Origin: a virus
Length of the DNA stretch: 64,000 nt
Reading direction: 5' to 3' (one strand)
IMG/VR virus record: IMGVR_UViG_3300045125_000140
Location: 25,214 to 89,213 of that record
How positions within the stretch are numbered: position 1 is the first letter of the stretch; every line of letters begins with the position of its first letter. The translations under genes and the position numbers were made by a program. A model generated the notes under the pieces. The model saw only the letters and a program-made list of their open reading frames with translations. It was not told the origin of the DNA and did not search any database. Shown here one piece after another: positions 12,350-21,457 of the stretch.

Positions 12350-12750
12350 ATTATAAATTCCACTGCATCGCCGGCGGCGGTTATAAGGTCGATATATATC
12401 TTCCAGCGGCCGACGCCCATTTGTTGTACTTCTCTTAAATAGGCGGCCTGGAGTCTTTCCGAACTACGCATTGTTTGGGAAGACTGGCGGCCCAGAATCC
12501 GCTGAGTAGCTATATCCAACGCCTCCGCGACGATCGCTTCTGCAGATGATTGGTCTACTGCGTTGGCTCCGTCGAGATTTTGAAGGAGGCCGGTTCCTCT
12601 GTCGAATCCGGGCAAAATCGCGGAGGAGAACTCAGCGGCGAATTCTTGAACTAATTGAGCTGTGCCGCTGACCGTGGCACAGGGATAAAATAGACCGAAT
12701 TTAAGCTCGTCATCCGAGGCTTTGGATTGTATAAGCTTTAGGTCGGTCAT
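12346..12750 (-). CDS. gp25/GpW-like baseplate wedge protein
   Basis: 134 aa with VSGTAQLVQEF, RGTGL, SERLQAA and IYIDLITAAG; size and pattern fit gp25-like proteins. Confidence 0.6.
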   Translation of the reverse strand: MTDLKLIQSKASDDELKFGLFYPCATVSGTAQLVQEFAAEFSSAILPGFDRGTGLLQNLDGANAVDQSSAEAIVAEALDIATQRILGRQSSQTMRSSERLQAAYLREVQQMGVGRWKIYIDLITAAGDAVEFII

Positions 12751-12760
12751 TTTACCTTAT

Positions 12761-12801
12761 TAAAAATGCGGGGGATCTTTTGGACCTCCCCGCATTTTTA
12801 A
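12761..12801. terminator. Intrinsic terminator, potentially bidirectional
   Basis: TAAAAATGCGGGG...CCCCGCATTTTTA inverted repeat. Confidence 0.7.
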
Positions 12802-12818
12802 CACTTAGGCTACGCTGA

Positions 12819-13329
12819 TCAGCCGCCCATGTTCTTGATCGAGTCAAGGAGGTTGCCGCCCTTACCCTTAACGTTTTCGAAAACCTCTTCGGCCTTCTTC
12901 ATGGCTTCCGAGCCCTGCGCCTTGATCTTCGAGAGGATCTCTTCGAGCTGGTTCGTGGTGCTTGGCACCGGCAACTGCGCTGCCGCCCATCAACGCGGCG
13001 ATGCCGCCGGCTTTGGCCGCCTTTTCACCAGCCGAGGACTTGCGCTCGCCGCCGAGAGCGGAGAGGAGCTTACCACGGGCGCCTTCCTTTGCATCGTCAG
13101 CCTTTTCCTTGGCCTTGCCGAGCATGCCCATCAACTTGGCCTTGAGGCCGCCCATTCCGGCTTCCTTTGTTTGGCCGTAGGCTTCAGCGAGCTTAACGAT
13201 CGCGGAGCCGTCGAATCCGGTTTCGGCCTCGTCGCGGCCATAAGTTTCCGCGAGCTTGAGCAACGCGGTGCCATCAACTTCGGGCTCTTGGTTGCCCGCC
13301 AACTTCTCAAGCAAAGAGTATCTTGCCAT
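12819..13329 (-). CDS. Lys/Ala-rich protein with repeated KLA/KEA motifs; frameshift near 12950
   Basis: LLEKLAG, LLKLAE, IVKLAE and TKEAG; the alternate frame ends ...LLDSIKNMGG* at 12819. Confidence 0.6.
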
Positions 13330-13440
13330 GATTGTCCTTACTAAACGCCGCAGGTGGGCGGCCTCTTGTTTATGCGTGCCTAAAAGAGCCCGCTATATGA
13401 GTATAGCCATAAGACATTCTATTTCATCTTCATACTGTAT

Positions 13441-15546
13441 TTGATGGCTACCGAAGAACCGCGCGGCACGGGAAATACCCAGGTCAACTTACCTCCAGGC
13501 TTTAGTTCAGCGACACAGGCGCCAAGCAGCTCTATTCCTGGGGTGCCGGGCAGCGGCGGCCAAGCCGCTATTAGCACCGACACGTCCCGAAGCGCCACTC
13601 TCCAGGAGATCGACGAAAAAGTTCGTCAAATGATTACGGAGCGTGCGGAGAAGTTAGACGTAGAGCTGCGGCTCAAAGAGTACGATCGGGCACGCCTAAA
13701 TAACGAAAGCAAGTTCTGGGATCTTTTTGTAGCCGAGCCGGTAAATCAGGCGATAGAGGAATTTGCTGACGAGTTCGGAGAAGACGACGAGTCTATAAGC
13801 AACGCCGCCACTAAAACAAAGGCAAAGCTGTCGAGCCTTTTAGATGTGGAATCGACTTGGGAAAACTTCGATACGAAATACGGAAAGCTGAAAAGCTCCG
13901 ACGACTTTACCAACCTCGAGAAGTTATTCAGCAATCCGGAAACAGAGAACTATATAATCGAGCAGTATGTAAGTCCATATGCTCGAAGCGCTCTGGATAA
14001 GGACAAGTGCGAAAATACGGTAGTCGGCGCGTCGATCGGGGTGGTATCTAAAACTTTAGCGGGCGCAGTCCGAAATCAGGTTCGAGGCGTATACGCGCTA
14101 AATGCGTCCTTGGCTCTGCTTATTAACCAGGTGGAGGGTCTGGGGTCGGCGTTCATGCAGATGCCGGTTCAAAACCTTATATCAATTCTGGTGTCTCGGG
14201 ACCTTATAATCGACCGGATAATAAAAGTTTCGGAAGCAATTGCGTCTATTTCCAGAGATATGTCGGACAGGGATTATCCGTTCGACCACCCATACTGGCT
14301 CCGCGAGGAGCAGCGCCGACTTAAAAACGCCGAGGACAAGCTTTCCAGAGTTCAGGCGATTTTGGAGGGCGGCGGTAAGTTTAATACCGGTTTATGGACC
14401 AGCGCCAAGCGGGACATCGATGAAGCGGCCGACGCGCTGTGCGGCACGAATATCGATCAGCTGCTCAGCGGCCTCAGCCTTCGGCCCATCGCGCTAGCCG
14501 GTCTGTCCGCATACCTGCAATCGTTGGTGTCGGTGCTTCAGCGTCAGCAACAGATTCGCAACCTTCTTATAAATTCAATCGTGTCGTTCAACAGCCGGTT
14601 CTTCCAGCTGACGCGATTCGACAATCTCTTCGTTCCGATTGTGCAGGCTATTCGGTGCCGCCTTACGAAGATAAACGATCAGATAGACGTGGCGATTAAA
14701 AAGAACCAGTTCTTCTACTACCTGATAAAGGAGAAGGAGTGGTGCTTATACCTTAAAGCGCTTTCGGCCCTCATGTCCGCGAGCGTCAAGTTTAATCTAC
14801 CCGAAAACGTTAATAAGTTCCTGGGCACGGAGATTCTTCAAAACGCAGCCAACAGCGTCGTAAGCACGTTGAACGAGGCTGCCGTCGAAAGCATCGACGC
14901 CTCTGCCCGAACACTCATCCGCCTGTGCAACGAGTTAATTCTGGTCGCCAAGAAGAAGGCGACGTACAACATCAGCCCGAACTATTTAACCAGCCTCGCC
15001 ACCTCGATTAAGGTGGAGGGTGAGCGGCTGAAGTCAGTAGACGATCCAGTTAGTAAGGTTCTGAATATATTCAGCGGCCTTATTCCAACGCAGGCGTTCG
15101 AGGCGGTTCTTATCGTAAACCAGCTGATGAGCTTTGCGAAGGACCGAAACCTGGATAAGTTCGTTGACGCTATTCAGGCCGGTAATCTCGACGACGCGTT
15201 TGGCGTCAGTGGCCTGATTGCCACTATTGATCAAACAGTTACTTTCGGAATATCAAACTACATAGCCGGAAACATTGCCGGAGGTGGCCTATTCGGTGAG
15301 CCGCTGCGCGAGGCTATTGCCGTTAGAAATTTATCTGTGTCAAGAGCACGGGCACAGGCGGCAAAACAGCGGGTACGCAATTACTCAGATCAGGGAATAA
15401 CCGAGGCATTTGATCAGGTTCAAAAGCTGAAGGACGCCAGACGGTCTATGGGCGTTGTTCTGCAAAACGAGGACGTAAGCACGCCCCCACAAACTATCTC
15501 ACCTAAGCTCATCGACGCTCAAATAATCCCGCATATTGCGGCATAA
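13441..15546 (+). CDS. Large helical hypothetical protein, possibly structural
   Basis: Intact 701-aa ORF. Confidence 0.8.
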   Translation: MMATEEPRGTGNTQVNLPPGFSSATQAPSSSIPGVPGSGGQAAISTDTSRSATLQEIDEKVRQMITERAEKLDVELRLKEYDRARLNNESKFWDLFVAEPVNQAIEEFADEFGEDDESISNAATKTKAKLSSLLDVESTWENFDTKYGKLKSSDDFTNLEKLFSNPETENYIIEQYVSPYARSALDKDKCENTVVGASIGVVSKTLAGAVRNQVRGVYALNASLALLINQVEGLGSAFMQMPVQNLISILVSRDLIIDRIIKVSEAIASISRDMSDRDYPFDHPYWLREEQRRLKNAEDKLSRVQAILEGGGKFNTGLWTSAKRDIDEAADALCGTNIDQLLSGLSLRPIALAGLSAYLQSLVSVLQRQQQIRNLLINSIVSFNSRFFQLTRFDNLFVPIVQAIRCRLTKINDQIDVAIKKNQFFYYLIKEKEWCLYLKALSALMSASVKFNLPENVNKFLGTEILQNAANSVVSTLNEAAVESIDASARTLIRLCNELILVAKKKATYNISPNYLTSLATSIKVEGERLKSVDDPVSKVLNIFSGLIPTQAFEAVLIVNQLMSFAKDRNLDKFVDAIQAGNLDDAFGVSGLIATIDQTVTFGISNYIAGNIAGGGLFGEPLREAIAVRNLSVSRARAQAAKQRVRNYSDQGITEAFDQVQKLKDARRSMGVVLQNEDVSTPPQTISPKLIDAQIIPHIAA

Positions 15547-15555
15547 GAATAATAG
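15540..15555 (+). promoter_or_regulatory. Conserved phage promoter-like motif, copy 1
   Basis: GGCATAAGAATAATAG followed by a GTGGCT...AGCCAC hairpin. Confidence 0.7.
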
Positions 15556-15641
15556 TGGCTGCTTTTGGCGTCAGAGCCACTCTGTCCGGGCAGACTCCCG
15601 GTGAAGTCTTTCTGGCCTAGCTAGCCAGAAGGGAGGCTGCG

Positions 15642-16259
15642 ATGGGATTCCGCATCGTAGTCAGTGTTGTGGAGGAGGGCCTCGTGCACGAGGGTCGAGT
15701 GATCGACCCCGCCACGGGGCCGGTGGTGTTAGACCCGAAGCGCGGTGTTCGGGTCTTGGTCGCAGCGCGCCCAGGTAACAAGCCGGGGCAGACGCTGCTT
15801 CAACTCCTTGTTCGCGTGGGCGCGGACAAGGAGTACGTCGTTCCAGCCCACATTCCGGGAGAGTACGCGCTGCTTCCGGAATTCGGTCACAGGGTAAAAC
15901 ATGCGACCGAGGTTAAGGATCCGTTGGAGCGGGTCCTCCGCGAGGAGGGGATTCCCCTTGCGGCCGCGTCCTTCTACCACGACCCCACGGTTGCGGTAGA
16001 AGTCGAGATCGCCACGGAGACGTCCGCGGCGGTTAAGCCCTGGAATTTCACCAAGGCGCAGACGGCTGTCCTGAATAAGGGCGGCCGTGTGTCTTTCGGG
16101 CCGTGGACCGAGCTCGGGCCCGGGCTCGGTCGGGCCCGGAAGGCAACATTCACCCCCTCCTCCAAGGGGGTGGTGATCATCCTCAGCGACGTTCGGGTGG
16201 GCCGCCACCCCGGCGTCGCCGAGCGCAGGATCGAAAGATCCTTATCGGCAGGGGCGTGA
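15642..16259 (+). CDS. Hypothetical protein
   Basis: 205 aa with a GGGAGG RBS; followed by a coupled 33-aa ORF (16256..16357, MTPAELKAALAAAK...). Confidence 0.7.
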   Translation: MGFRIVVSVVEEGLVHEGRVIDPATGPVVLDPKRGVRVLVAARPGNKPGQTLLQLLVRVGADKEYVVPAHIPGEYALLPEFGHRVKHATEVKDPLERVLREEGIPLAAASFYHDPTVAVEVEIATETSAAVKPWNFTKAQTAVLNKGGRVSFGPWTELGPGLGRARKATFTPSSKGVVIILSDVRVGRHPGVAERRIERSLSAGA

Positions 16260-16357
16260 CGCCTGCCGAACTCAAGGCCGCGCTCGCGGCCGCGAAGCAG
16301 GAGCGCCTGGACGTGATCCAGGCTTCTTCTGTGTCCGCGGCTGCGGCACAGGCCTGA

Positions 16358-16413
16358 AAAAGGGTGGGGTACAGGGGGCAGTGCGGCCCCTGTACCCAAC
16401 CCACCCTATTTTT
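16358..16413 (+). terminator. Long hairpin terminator
   Basis: AAAAGGGTGGGG TACAGGGG...CCCCTGTA CCCAACCCACCCTATTTTT. Confidence 0.65.
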
Positions 16414-16585
16414 AACCCAATTACACCCAATTAGGCCAAAAATAGCCATTTTTGTCATATTTTGGCTATATAGGCGGTTTTTAGGCCAAAATAGGCTATT
16501 TTAGCCCAAAATAGCCCAAAATGCCCTATTTTGGCCTAAAATGGCCTATTTAGCCCCTATAGGGCCAAAAACAGGGGTATTTTAT
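16410..16585. repeat. AT-rich degenerate ~10-bp periodic repeat tract
   Basis: Repeated GGCCAAAA/GCCCAAAA/GGCCTAAAA units and their complements, with quasi-palindromes such as AAAATAGGCTATTTT. Confidence 0.7.
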
Positions 16586-16601
16586 GGCACAAGAATAATA
16601 G
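16586..16601 (+). promoter_or_regulatory. Promoter-like motif, copy 2
   Basis: GGCACAAGAATAATAG. Confidence 0.7.
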
Positions 16602-16980
16602 AGGACATATTAGGTTGCAAACTAATGTGTTCTCAAACCCCGGGCATCGGACTAACTCACCGATGCTCTCAAGGGGTGCCCCCAAGGGCTGGCTCGACGA
16701 AGGAGCAGCCGCCGTATTAGGAACCGGCGAGGGGCAAGGTTGACACCAGACCTGATAAGGTGTCCCTCTACAACCAAAATGGTGAATCTGCGAATCGAGT
16801 CGGCAGATTCTTAATTGTAGAGGCGGTAAGTCGCGGGAAGGTCCCGCCCATGGTATGGCTATACCCGCTCACCCTAGCGAAAAGGGGGGATGTGGCAAGT
16901 CCCTTAAACTTGTGCTCCGCATTCTACGGGCAGATTCATTGTGGGTCTGCCCGTGGAGTTCGGTTCAAACAACATGTGAG
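16601..16980 (+). ncRNA. Candidate structured ncRNA or long structured leader (~380 nt)
   Basis: No convincing ORF. Consecutive stems at 16601-16634, 16642-16668, 16765-16823 (nested 16784-16810) and 16924-16956. Confidence 0.5.
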
Positions 16981-16995
16981 CTGAAAGGAGTTTAG

Positions 16996-17151
16996 ATGAG
17001 GTTTGATTTTGAAAAAGAGTTAGTGTTCGACAAGACCGGCAAAGAGATAGGTTATTTGGAACCCACGTACAACGCCATGAACTGGCGTGTACTTTTATAC
17101 GCGGAAAGCGGGCCTCCCATTCACTGGGGAGTAGCCTTTCCGACACCATGA
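16996..17151 (+). CDS. Small hypothetical protein, probably extended to about 17250 by an indel
   Basis: AAAGGAG RBS then MRFDFEKELVFDKTGKEIGYLEPTYNAMNW...; terminator AAAGCGGGGG/CCCCCGCTTT at about 17231-17260. Confidence 0.55.
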   Translation: MRFDFEKELVFDKTGKEIGYLEPTYNAMNWRVLLYAESGPPIHWGVAFPTP

Positions 17152-17284
17152 CCTCCGACACCTTGGATACGACGTCTCGTACGTTGTATTCGAGGTGTCG
17201 AGAGACCAGGCGAAAGCTTGGAACATCGTCAAAGCGGGGGTTAGACCCCCGCTTTCTTTTACTCCAAATAATATTGAAAACTGC

Positions 17285-17300
17285 GTCATAAGAATAATAG
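17285..17300 (+). promoter_or_regulatory. Promoter-like motif, copy 3
   Basis: GTCATAAGAATAATAG followed by a GAGAGAGT...ACTCTCTC hairpin. Confidence 0.7.
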
Positions 17301-17426
17301 AGAGAGTATTACCGGAGGTAGGGAAACTCTCTCCTAAACCTAGAGATCAGGAGGGTTCCTGATCCGTGGTTTAGTTCCTGTTCGACGATGAATGAAAGAG
17401 GAAAACTTTCTTCGTTCGCTCAAAAA

Positions 17427-17816
17427 ATGAGCGAACTCCTCGAGCTGCCGCACAGGCAGCTCGAGGATCTCCGAGAGGCTTCAAAGAAGTTTGAAGCCGT
17501 TCTCCTTTGGGAGGACGACGCGGACGACGAATGGGCGGACTTTGTGTCCGTCAGAGGTTGGATCGAGGTGGCGTATTTACGCCTGCTCGAGAGCAACCGA
17601 GTCCGCCCTGACTGGGATTCGGCGCTCGACGCACTCAAGTGCGTCGATGACGCGCTGGGGACCTTCACCTCGAGGGTGAAGGACCCCAAAGGCCGCAAGG
17701 AGGTCAATGACCTCCTCGAGGCCACCTGGGAGGTCCAGGCCGGCCTCAAGCCGGCTATCGATCGGCTCAGGCTCCGCCAACGGGTGGAGACTGAAGCACC
17801 CACCCTCAACGACTGA
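17427..17816 (+). CDS. Helical hypothetical protein
   Basis: ORF 17388..17816 with likely start at 17427; terminator GAAGGCGGGG/CCCCGCCTTC plus T-run at 17823-17863. Confidence 0.7.
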   Translation: MSELLELPHRQLEDLREASKKFEAVLLWEDDADDEWADFVSVRGWIEVAYLRLLESNRVRPDWDSALDALKCVDDALGTFTSRVKDPKGRKEVNDLLEATWEVQAGLKPAIDRLRLRQRVETEAPTLND

Positions 17817-17887
17817 GGGTGGGAAGGCGGGGTTGGTCATGTGCCGGCCCCGCCTTCTTTTTTACCTCAAATACTTCCACATATTGC

Positions 17888-17903
17888 GGCATAAGAATAA
17901 TAG
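17888..17903 (+). promoter_or_regulatory. Promoter-like motif, copy 4
   Basis: GGCATAAGAATAATAG followed by a GAGAGGAC...GTCCTCTC hairpin. Confidence 0.7.
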
Positions 17904-17968
17904 AGAGGACATTACTTGGAAAGGTAAGAAGTCCTCTCCCCGACCAGGCGTCAGGAGGGTTCCTGAAT

Positions 17969-18250
17969 ATGGTTGGGTTCTGGCAGGTTATGACGAACAG
18001 CAACAACAACTTGCCGCCGGCTCAACCGGCGGCTGCGGCGAAAGCTGCCGCCACGCCCAAGTGGGCGGTGGCGGCGGTGCTCGCCGCCATCACCCTCTCG
18101 GTGGTGGCGGCGGTGGTGGCCGCCTCGGCGAAGGCCGAGGCGCAGGCCAAGACGATCGTGTCCATCAAGGACACATCGTCTTGGTACCAATCGTCGGTGT
18201 GGGTTGCGACCCACGCCGACGGCTCAACGTCCACCCTCACGACTAAGTGA
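17969..18250 (+). CDS. Small membrane-anchored protein
   Basis: Hydrophobic WAVAAVLAAITLSVVAAVVAA segment; start at 17969 or 17990; terminator hairpins at 18257-18358. Confidence 0.6.
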   Translation: MVGFWQVMTNSNNNLPPAQPAAAAKAAATPKWAVAAVLAAITLSVVAAVVAASAKAEAQAKTIVSIKDTSSWYQSSVWVATHADGSTSTLTTK

Positions 18251-18393
18251 GGGTCGCGCCCCTCTCAGCTCGGAGCTGGGAGGGGCAAAACGCGGAGATG
18301 GATTGTCCCGCGTTTCTTTTACTCCGGATAGCCGCTTGGGTTAAGGCGGCTTTTTTTCACTATCATCATTGCTCAAATTTTATAGCAAATGAT

Positions 18394-18409
18394 GGCATAA
18401 GAACTATGT
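18394..18409 (+). promoter_or_regulatory. Promoter-like motif, copy 5 (variant)
   Basis: GGCATAAGAACTATGT upstream of the GGAGG RBS of the AAA gene. Confidence 0.6.
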
Positions 18410-18431
18410 GCGCTTTTTAATTGGAGGTAGC

Positions 18432-19538
18432 ATGACGTTTCTCAATAAAGTTACGAATTCGTTGTCCGGCTTCTATCAGCCGGAGAAGTTCGCGAAGGTG
18501 CTGTCCCTCGCTCTCGCGAGCGGGCGGCATCTGGTCGTCTACGGACCTGCCGGTCACGGCAAGTCCGAGATGACACAAACAGCCCTCAAGGGGCTGGACC
18601 CCTTCGTGCTCTCGTTCGGCGAGGGCATGACCGAGGACAAAATCTACGGCGGCATAGACTTTGCCGCCATGAACCGCGCGGACTCGCCGGTTCTTCAGTT
18701 CAACGCGCAACACTCCTTCCTCGCGCACAGCATCGCTGTGTTCGAGGAGTTGTTCGACGCGCCGTCGAACGTCCTCCTGTCGCTGAAGGACACCCTCGCG
18801 GCGAAGGCTCTGCGCGCCGGCCACCAGCAGGTGGCGTCGAAGGTGAAGACCATCGTGGCTCTCACCAACAAGAGCCCGAGCGAGATGTCGGAGCTCGGTC
18901 CGTCGGTGCAGGCGCTGACCGAGCGCTTCCCGCTGCAGTACGAGATGCGGTGGGCAAATTACGACTCCAACGCGTACCGGCAAATGCTGGCCGCGGAAAA
19001 GTCGTGGGCAGAGGCGGGCATCGTCGAGTCCGACCTCGACGAGGTGCGGGAAAATTGCGGCCGCGTCGAAATCGGTGAGGACATGATGGACGCGTACGCC
19101 ACCGTGCTCGGCACCGCGGCCGACTCGGGTCGCCTGGTGTCGCCGCGCATCGCGCGGGCTGGCCTTGACGTGATCAAGGCATCGGCGGCGATTAACGCCC
19201 GCAGCTACGTTGAGGTGGAGGACCTCGCCGAGGTCACCTATCTCGGGATCGATGTCGGCGATTACGTCGACACGATCGAGCGGCGGAAGAGGACTCGGGA
19301 GGCCAGAGAGTCCCTCTCGGCTCTCGAGGAGCAGCTGACCGCGCTCAAGGGAGCGCTGGCGAGCGCATCCACGCCGATCCCGGCTCTTCAGGTCGGGAAG
19401 GCGGCAAAGGAGATCGCGAACCGCGCCAAGGCACTCGCGGTCACCGACGATCTCGTCAGGGCGCGAGAGAACATCGAGGCTGGGGCGAACGTCGTCGCAA
19501 AGGCCGCCGTCGAGCTGGCCACGAGCCTCACTCGATGA
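18432..19538 (+). CDS. MoxR/RavA-like AAA+ ATPase
   Basis: Walker A GPAGHGKS, Walker B-like AVFEELFD, sensor TN, ALTERF and sensor-2 VSPR. Confidence 0.85.
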   Translation: MTFLNKVTNSLSGFYQPEKFAKVLSLALASGRHLVVYGPAGHGKSEMTQTALKGLDPFVLSFGEGMTEDKIYGGIDFAAMNRADSPVLQFNAQHSFLAHSIAVFEELFDAPSNVLLSLKDTLAAKALRAGHQQVASKVKTIVALTNKSPSEMSELGPSVQALTERFPLQYEMRWANYDSNAYRQMLAAEKSWAEAGIVESDLDEVRENCGRVEIGEDMMDAYATVLGTAADSGRLVSPRIARAGLDVIKASAAINARSYVEVEDLAEVTYLGIDVGDYVDTIERRKRTREARESLSALEEQLTALKGALASASTPIPALQVGKAAKEIANRAKALAVTDDLVRARENIEAGANVVAKAAVELATSLTR

Positions 19539-20739
19539 GGTTTTTCAGGAGTCCGGCGAACTATATCATGCCGTCGGACTACGAGCTCTCTGAGGGGCTC
19601 AAAAGAATCGGCTGACCGCAGAGCGTGATTTCTTTCACGACCTGATCGCGCGGTCAGCCGGAGGCGAGGTGGACACGAGCGTCGAGGCGGAGAACTACTC
19701 CGCGCGAGACTTCGTGAACTCCTTCGACCTGGAATCCGTTCCAGGCGATACGCCTATGAGGCGAGCTCTCTCGCTAATGAAGGCGTTGGAGCTGGTGGCC
19801 AAAGAGGCGCCGCCGGAGGTGGGCTCCAAGACCGCCCGCAAGGGATTTGCCCGCGCACTAAGCAGTGACGCGGTCACAAATGAGGGAGGCAAATTCACTT
19901 TCGCCTCCCCTGAAAAAACCGCGAGGCTGCTCAAAAAGCGGTTCGAGGCGGTAAAAGAGATGTCCGACGAGGAGCAGACAATTCTCGGCACCGACCCTGT
20001 CTCGATTATCAAGACGGGGTTGAAGGCCGGGGACTTCCTGAGGATCTCCAGGAAGCTCAAGCGATACGACAATTTCGCTCTCCGTCCCACTAACAAGGTG
20101 AAGGCCGACGTTAACGGGACGGACACGCGGATGCGTCCTATCAAGGACTTCTCGGAGATCGGCCGCGCGACGTCTGACTTCTGGGGCCTACCCAAGAGGC
20201 TCCAAAACTTCCGCATGGTGACCAACCAGGTCATGGTGCGGGAGAAGGTCAAGAAGGAGGATAAGAAGCAGCTGCTTTATATCCTCGTTGACGTCTCGGG
20301 GTCGATGAAGGACGGCGACCGCCGGGCAAAGGCGGTCGCGGTCGTTCTAAACCGACTCACGTCGGTTGTCCGGGGCGAAGCCGTCCTCATCGTGAGGACG
20401 TTCTCAAACCGCCTTCTCGATAGGTGGGAGGTTGAGGATGCGACCGACGCGAAGACCGTCATGAGTCGGATCGTAAATCACCCCTTCTCGGAGGGGTCGA
20501 CCGCGATCGGAAATTGCACCGCCAGTGCGGTGCATGAGATCGAGCAAATGTCCGAAAGCGGGAGGTTTGAAGGAACCAAGCCCGACCTGGCCGTCGTTAC
20601 TGATGGTCAGGATACGGTGGACATGCAGCTAGAGGAGCTCCACGGGATCAAGTTGCACGCATTCGTGTGCGACGGTGTGAACGAGGGGCTTACTCAGCTG
20701 GCGGTCAAGTCCGGCGGTTGCGGAGTCGGCAGCTTCTAG
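19535..20739 (+). CDS. VWA-domain (ViaA-like) protein; 5' frameshift
   Basis: MIDAS motif DVSGSM, GST and VVTDG; ATG at 19535 overlaps the AAA stop. Confidence 0.85.
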
Positions 20740-20772
20740 GAAGAGGGGGCGCTTCATGCGCCCCTTCTTTTT
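20740..20772. terminator. Terminator between convergent genes
   Basis: GGGGGCGC TTCAT GCGCCCCC followed by TTCTTTTT. Confidence 0.65.
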
Positions 20773-20962
20773 ACTGCTCGTTATTTTTCGCTATAACGGC
20801 AGCTGTCGCGTCTTCCCACGACCAACCATCATTTGCCGCCTTGAGTCGCTTTATTTCCGCGATCTCTTCGGTGGTCAAAAACTTAGGAATAGGAACGTGA
20901 TCGGGAATCCCTGACCGCAGAGATTCCCGTCTTCCTATCTGTCGTGCTCGTTCTTCGTTCAT
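20771..20962 (-). CDS. Hypothetical protein
   Basis: 63-aa ORF coupled to the upstream gene. Confidence 0.55.
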   Translation of the reverse strand: MNEERARQIGRRESLRSGIPDHVPIPKFLTTEEIAEIKRLKAANDGWSWEDATAAVIAKNNEQ

Positions 20963-21195
20963 GTACCGAAGTAGGATTGTCGAAGTTGGCTCTGCTTATA
21001 TTCTTCGGCTTCCTTCTTCGCACGATCGGACTGCCCGGAGGTTAGGCCCTTACCGAAGGCGTAGGAACCGATCGCGAGTGGGACACCGAGAACGGCCAAA
21101 GTTTTCATCCAGCTACCAATACCAGCCCGCTTCTCGAGCGGTGTCGACTCGTACAAATTGGAGACGAAGCTTTTTGTAAACAGGCTGGTATTCAT
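20959..21195 (-). CDS. Small membrane protein with degenerate tag
   Basis: SFVSNL...LEKRAG followed by a hydrophobic helix. Confidence 0.65.
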   Translation of the reverse strand: MNTSLFTKSFVSNLYESTPLEKRAGIGSWMKTLAVLGVPLAIGSYAFGKGLTSGQSDRAKKEAEEYKQSQLRQSYFGT

Positions 21196-21205
21196 AGGAC
21201 CTCTA

Positions 21206-21409
21206 TCAGTCTTCGTATTCTTCGGTGTCGTCTACCCGCTCATAGTCGGGTTCGCCGCCATCGTCGGAATACTCCTCATCTGAGTCGGTATCAGACTCTT
21301 CGTCGGAGGTATCCTCGTAGTCCTCGTCAGCGGCATCCGAGTCGTCCTCGGGTTCAGGCTGATTGGGCGCGGCGAGTTTGTAAAGCTCATCTTCGTCTAA
21401 ATGGGTCAT
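21206..21409 (-). CDS. Highly acidic small protein with DELYKLAA
   Basis: Asp/Glu-rich 67 aa with an AAGGAGG RBS. Confidence 0.65.
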   Translation of the reverse strand: MTHLDEDELYKLAAPNQPEPEDDSDAADEDYEDTSDEESDTDSDEEYSDDGGEPDYERVDDTEEYED

Positions 21410-21457
21410 GGTGGTCCTCCTTGCAGGACATCTTCAGTATAATCGGTTGGGAGGGAT

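Noticed and set aside
15540-15555. Motif as a sigma-54 promoter (GGCA at -24)
   Set aside because: There is no TTGC at the -12 position, and two copies have GTCA.
15540-18409. Repeated 16-bp motif as a CRISPR array
   Set aside because: The intervals are 500-1,050 bp and contain genes and terminators. The repeats are short and degenerate, and no cas genes are visible.
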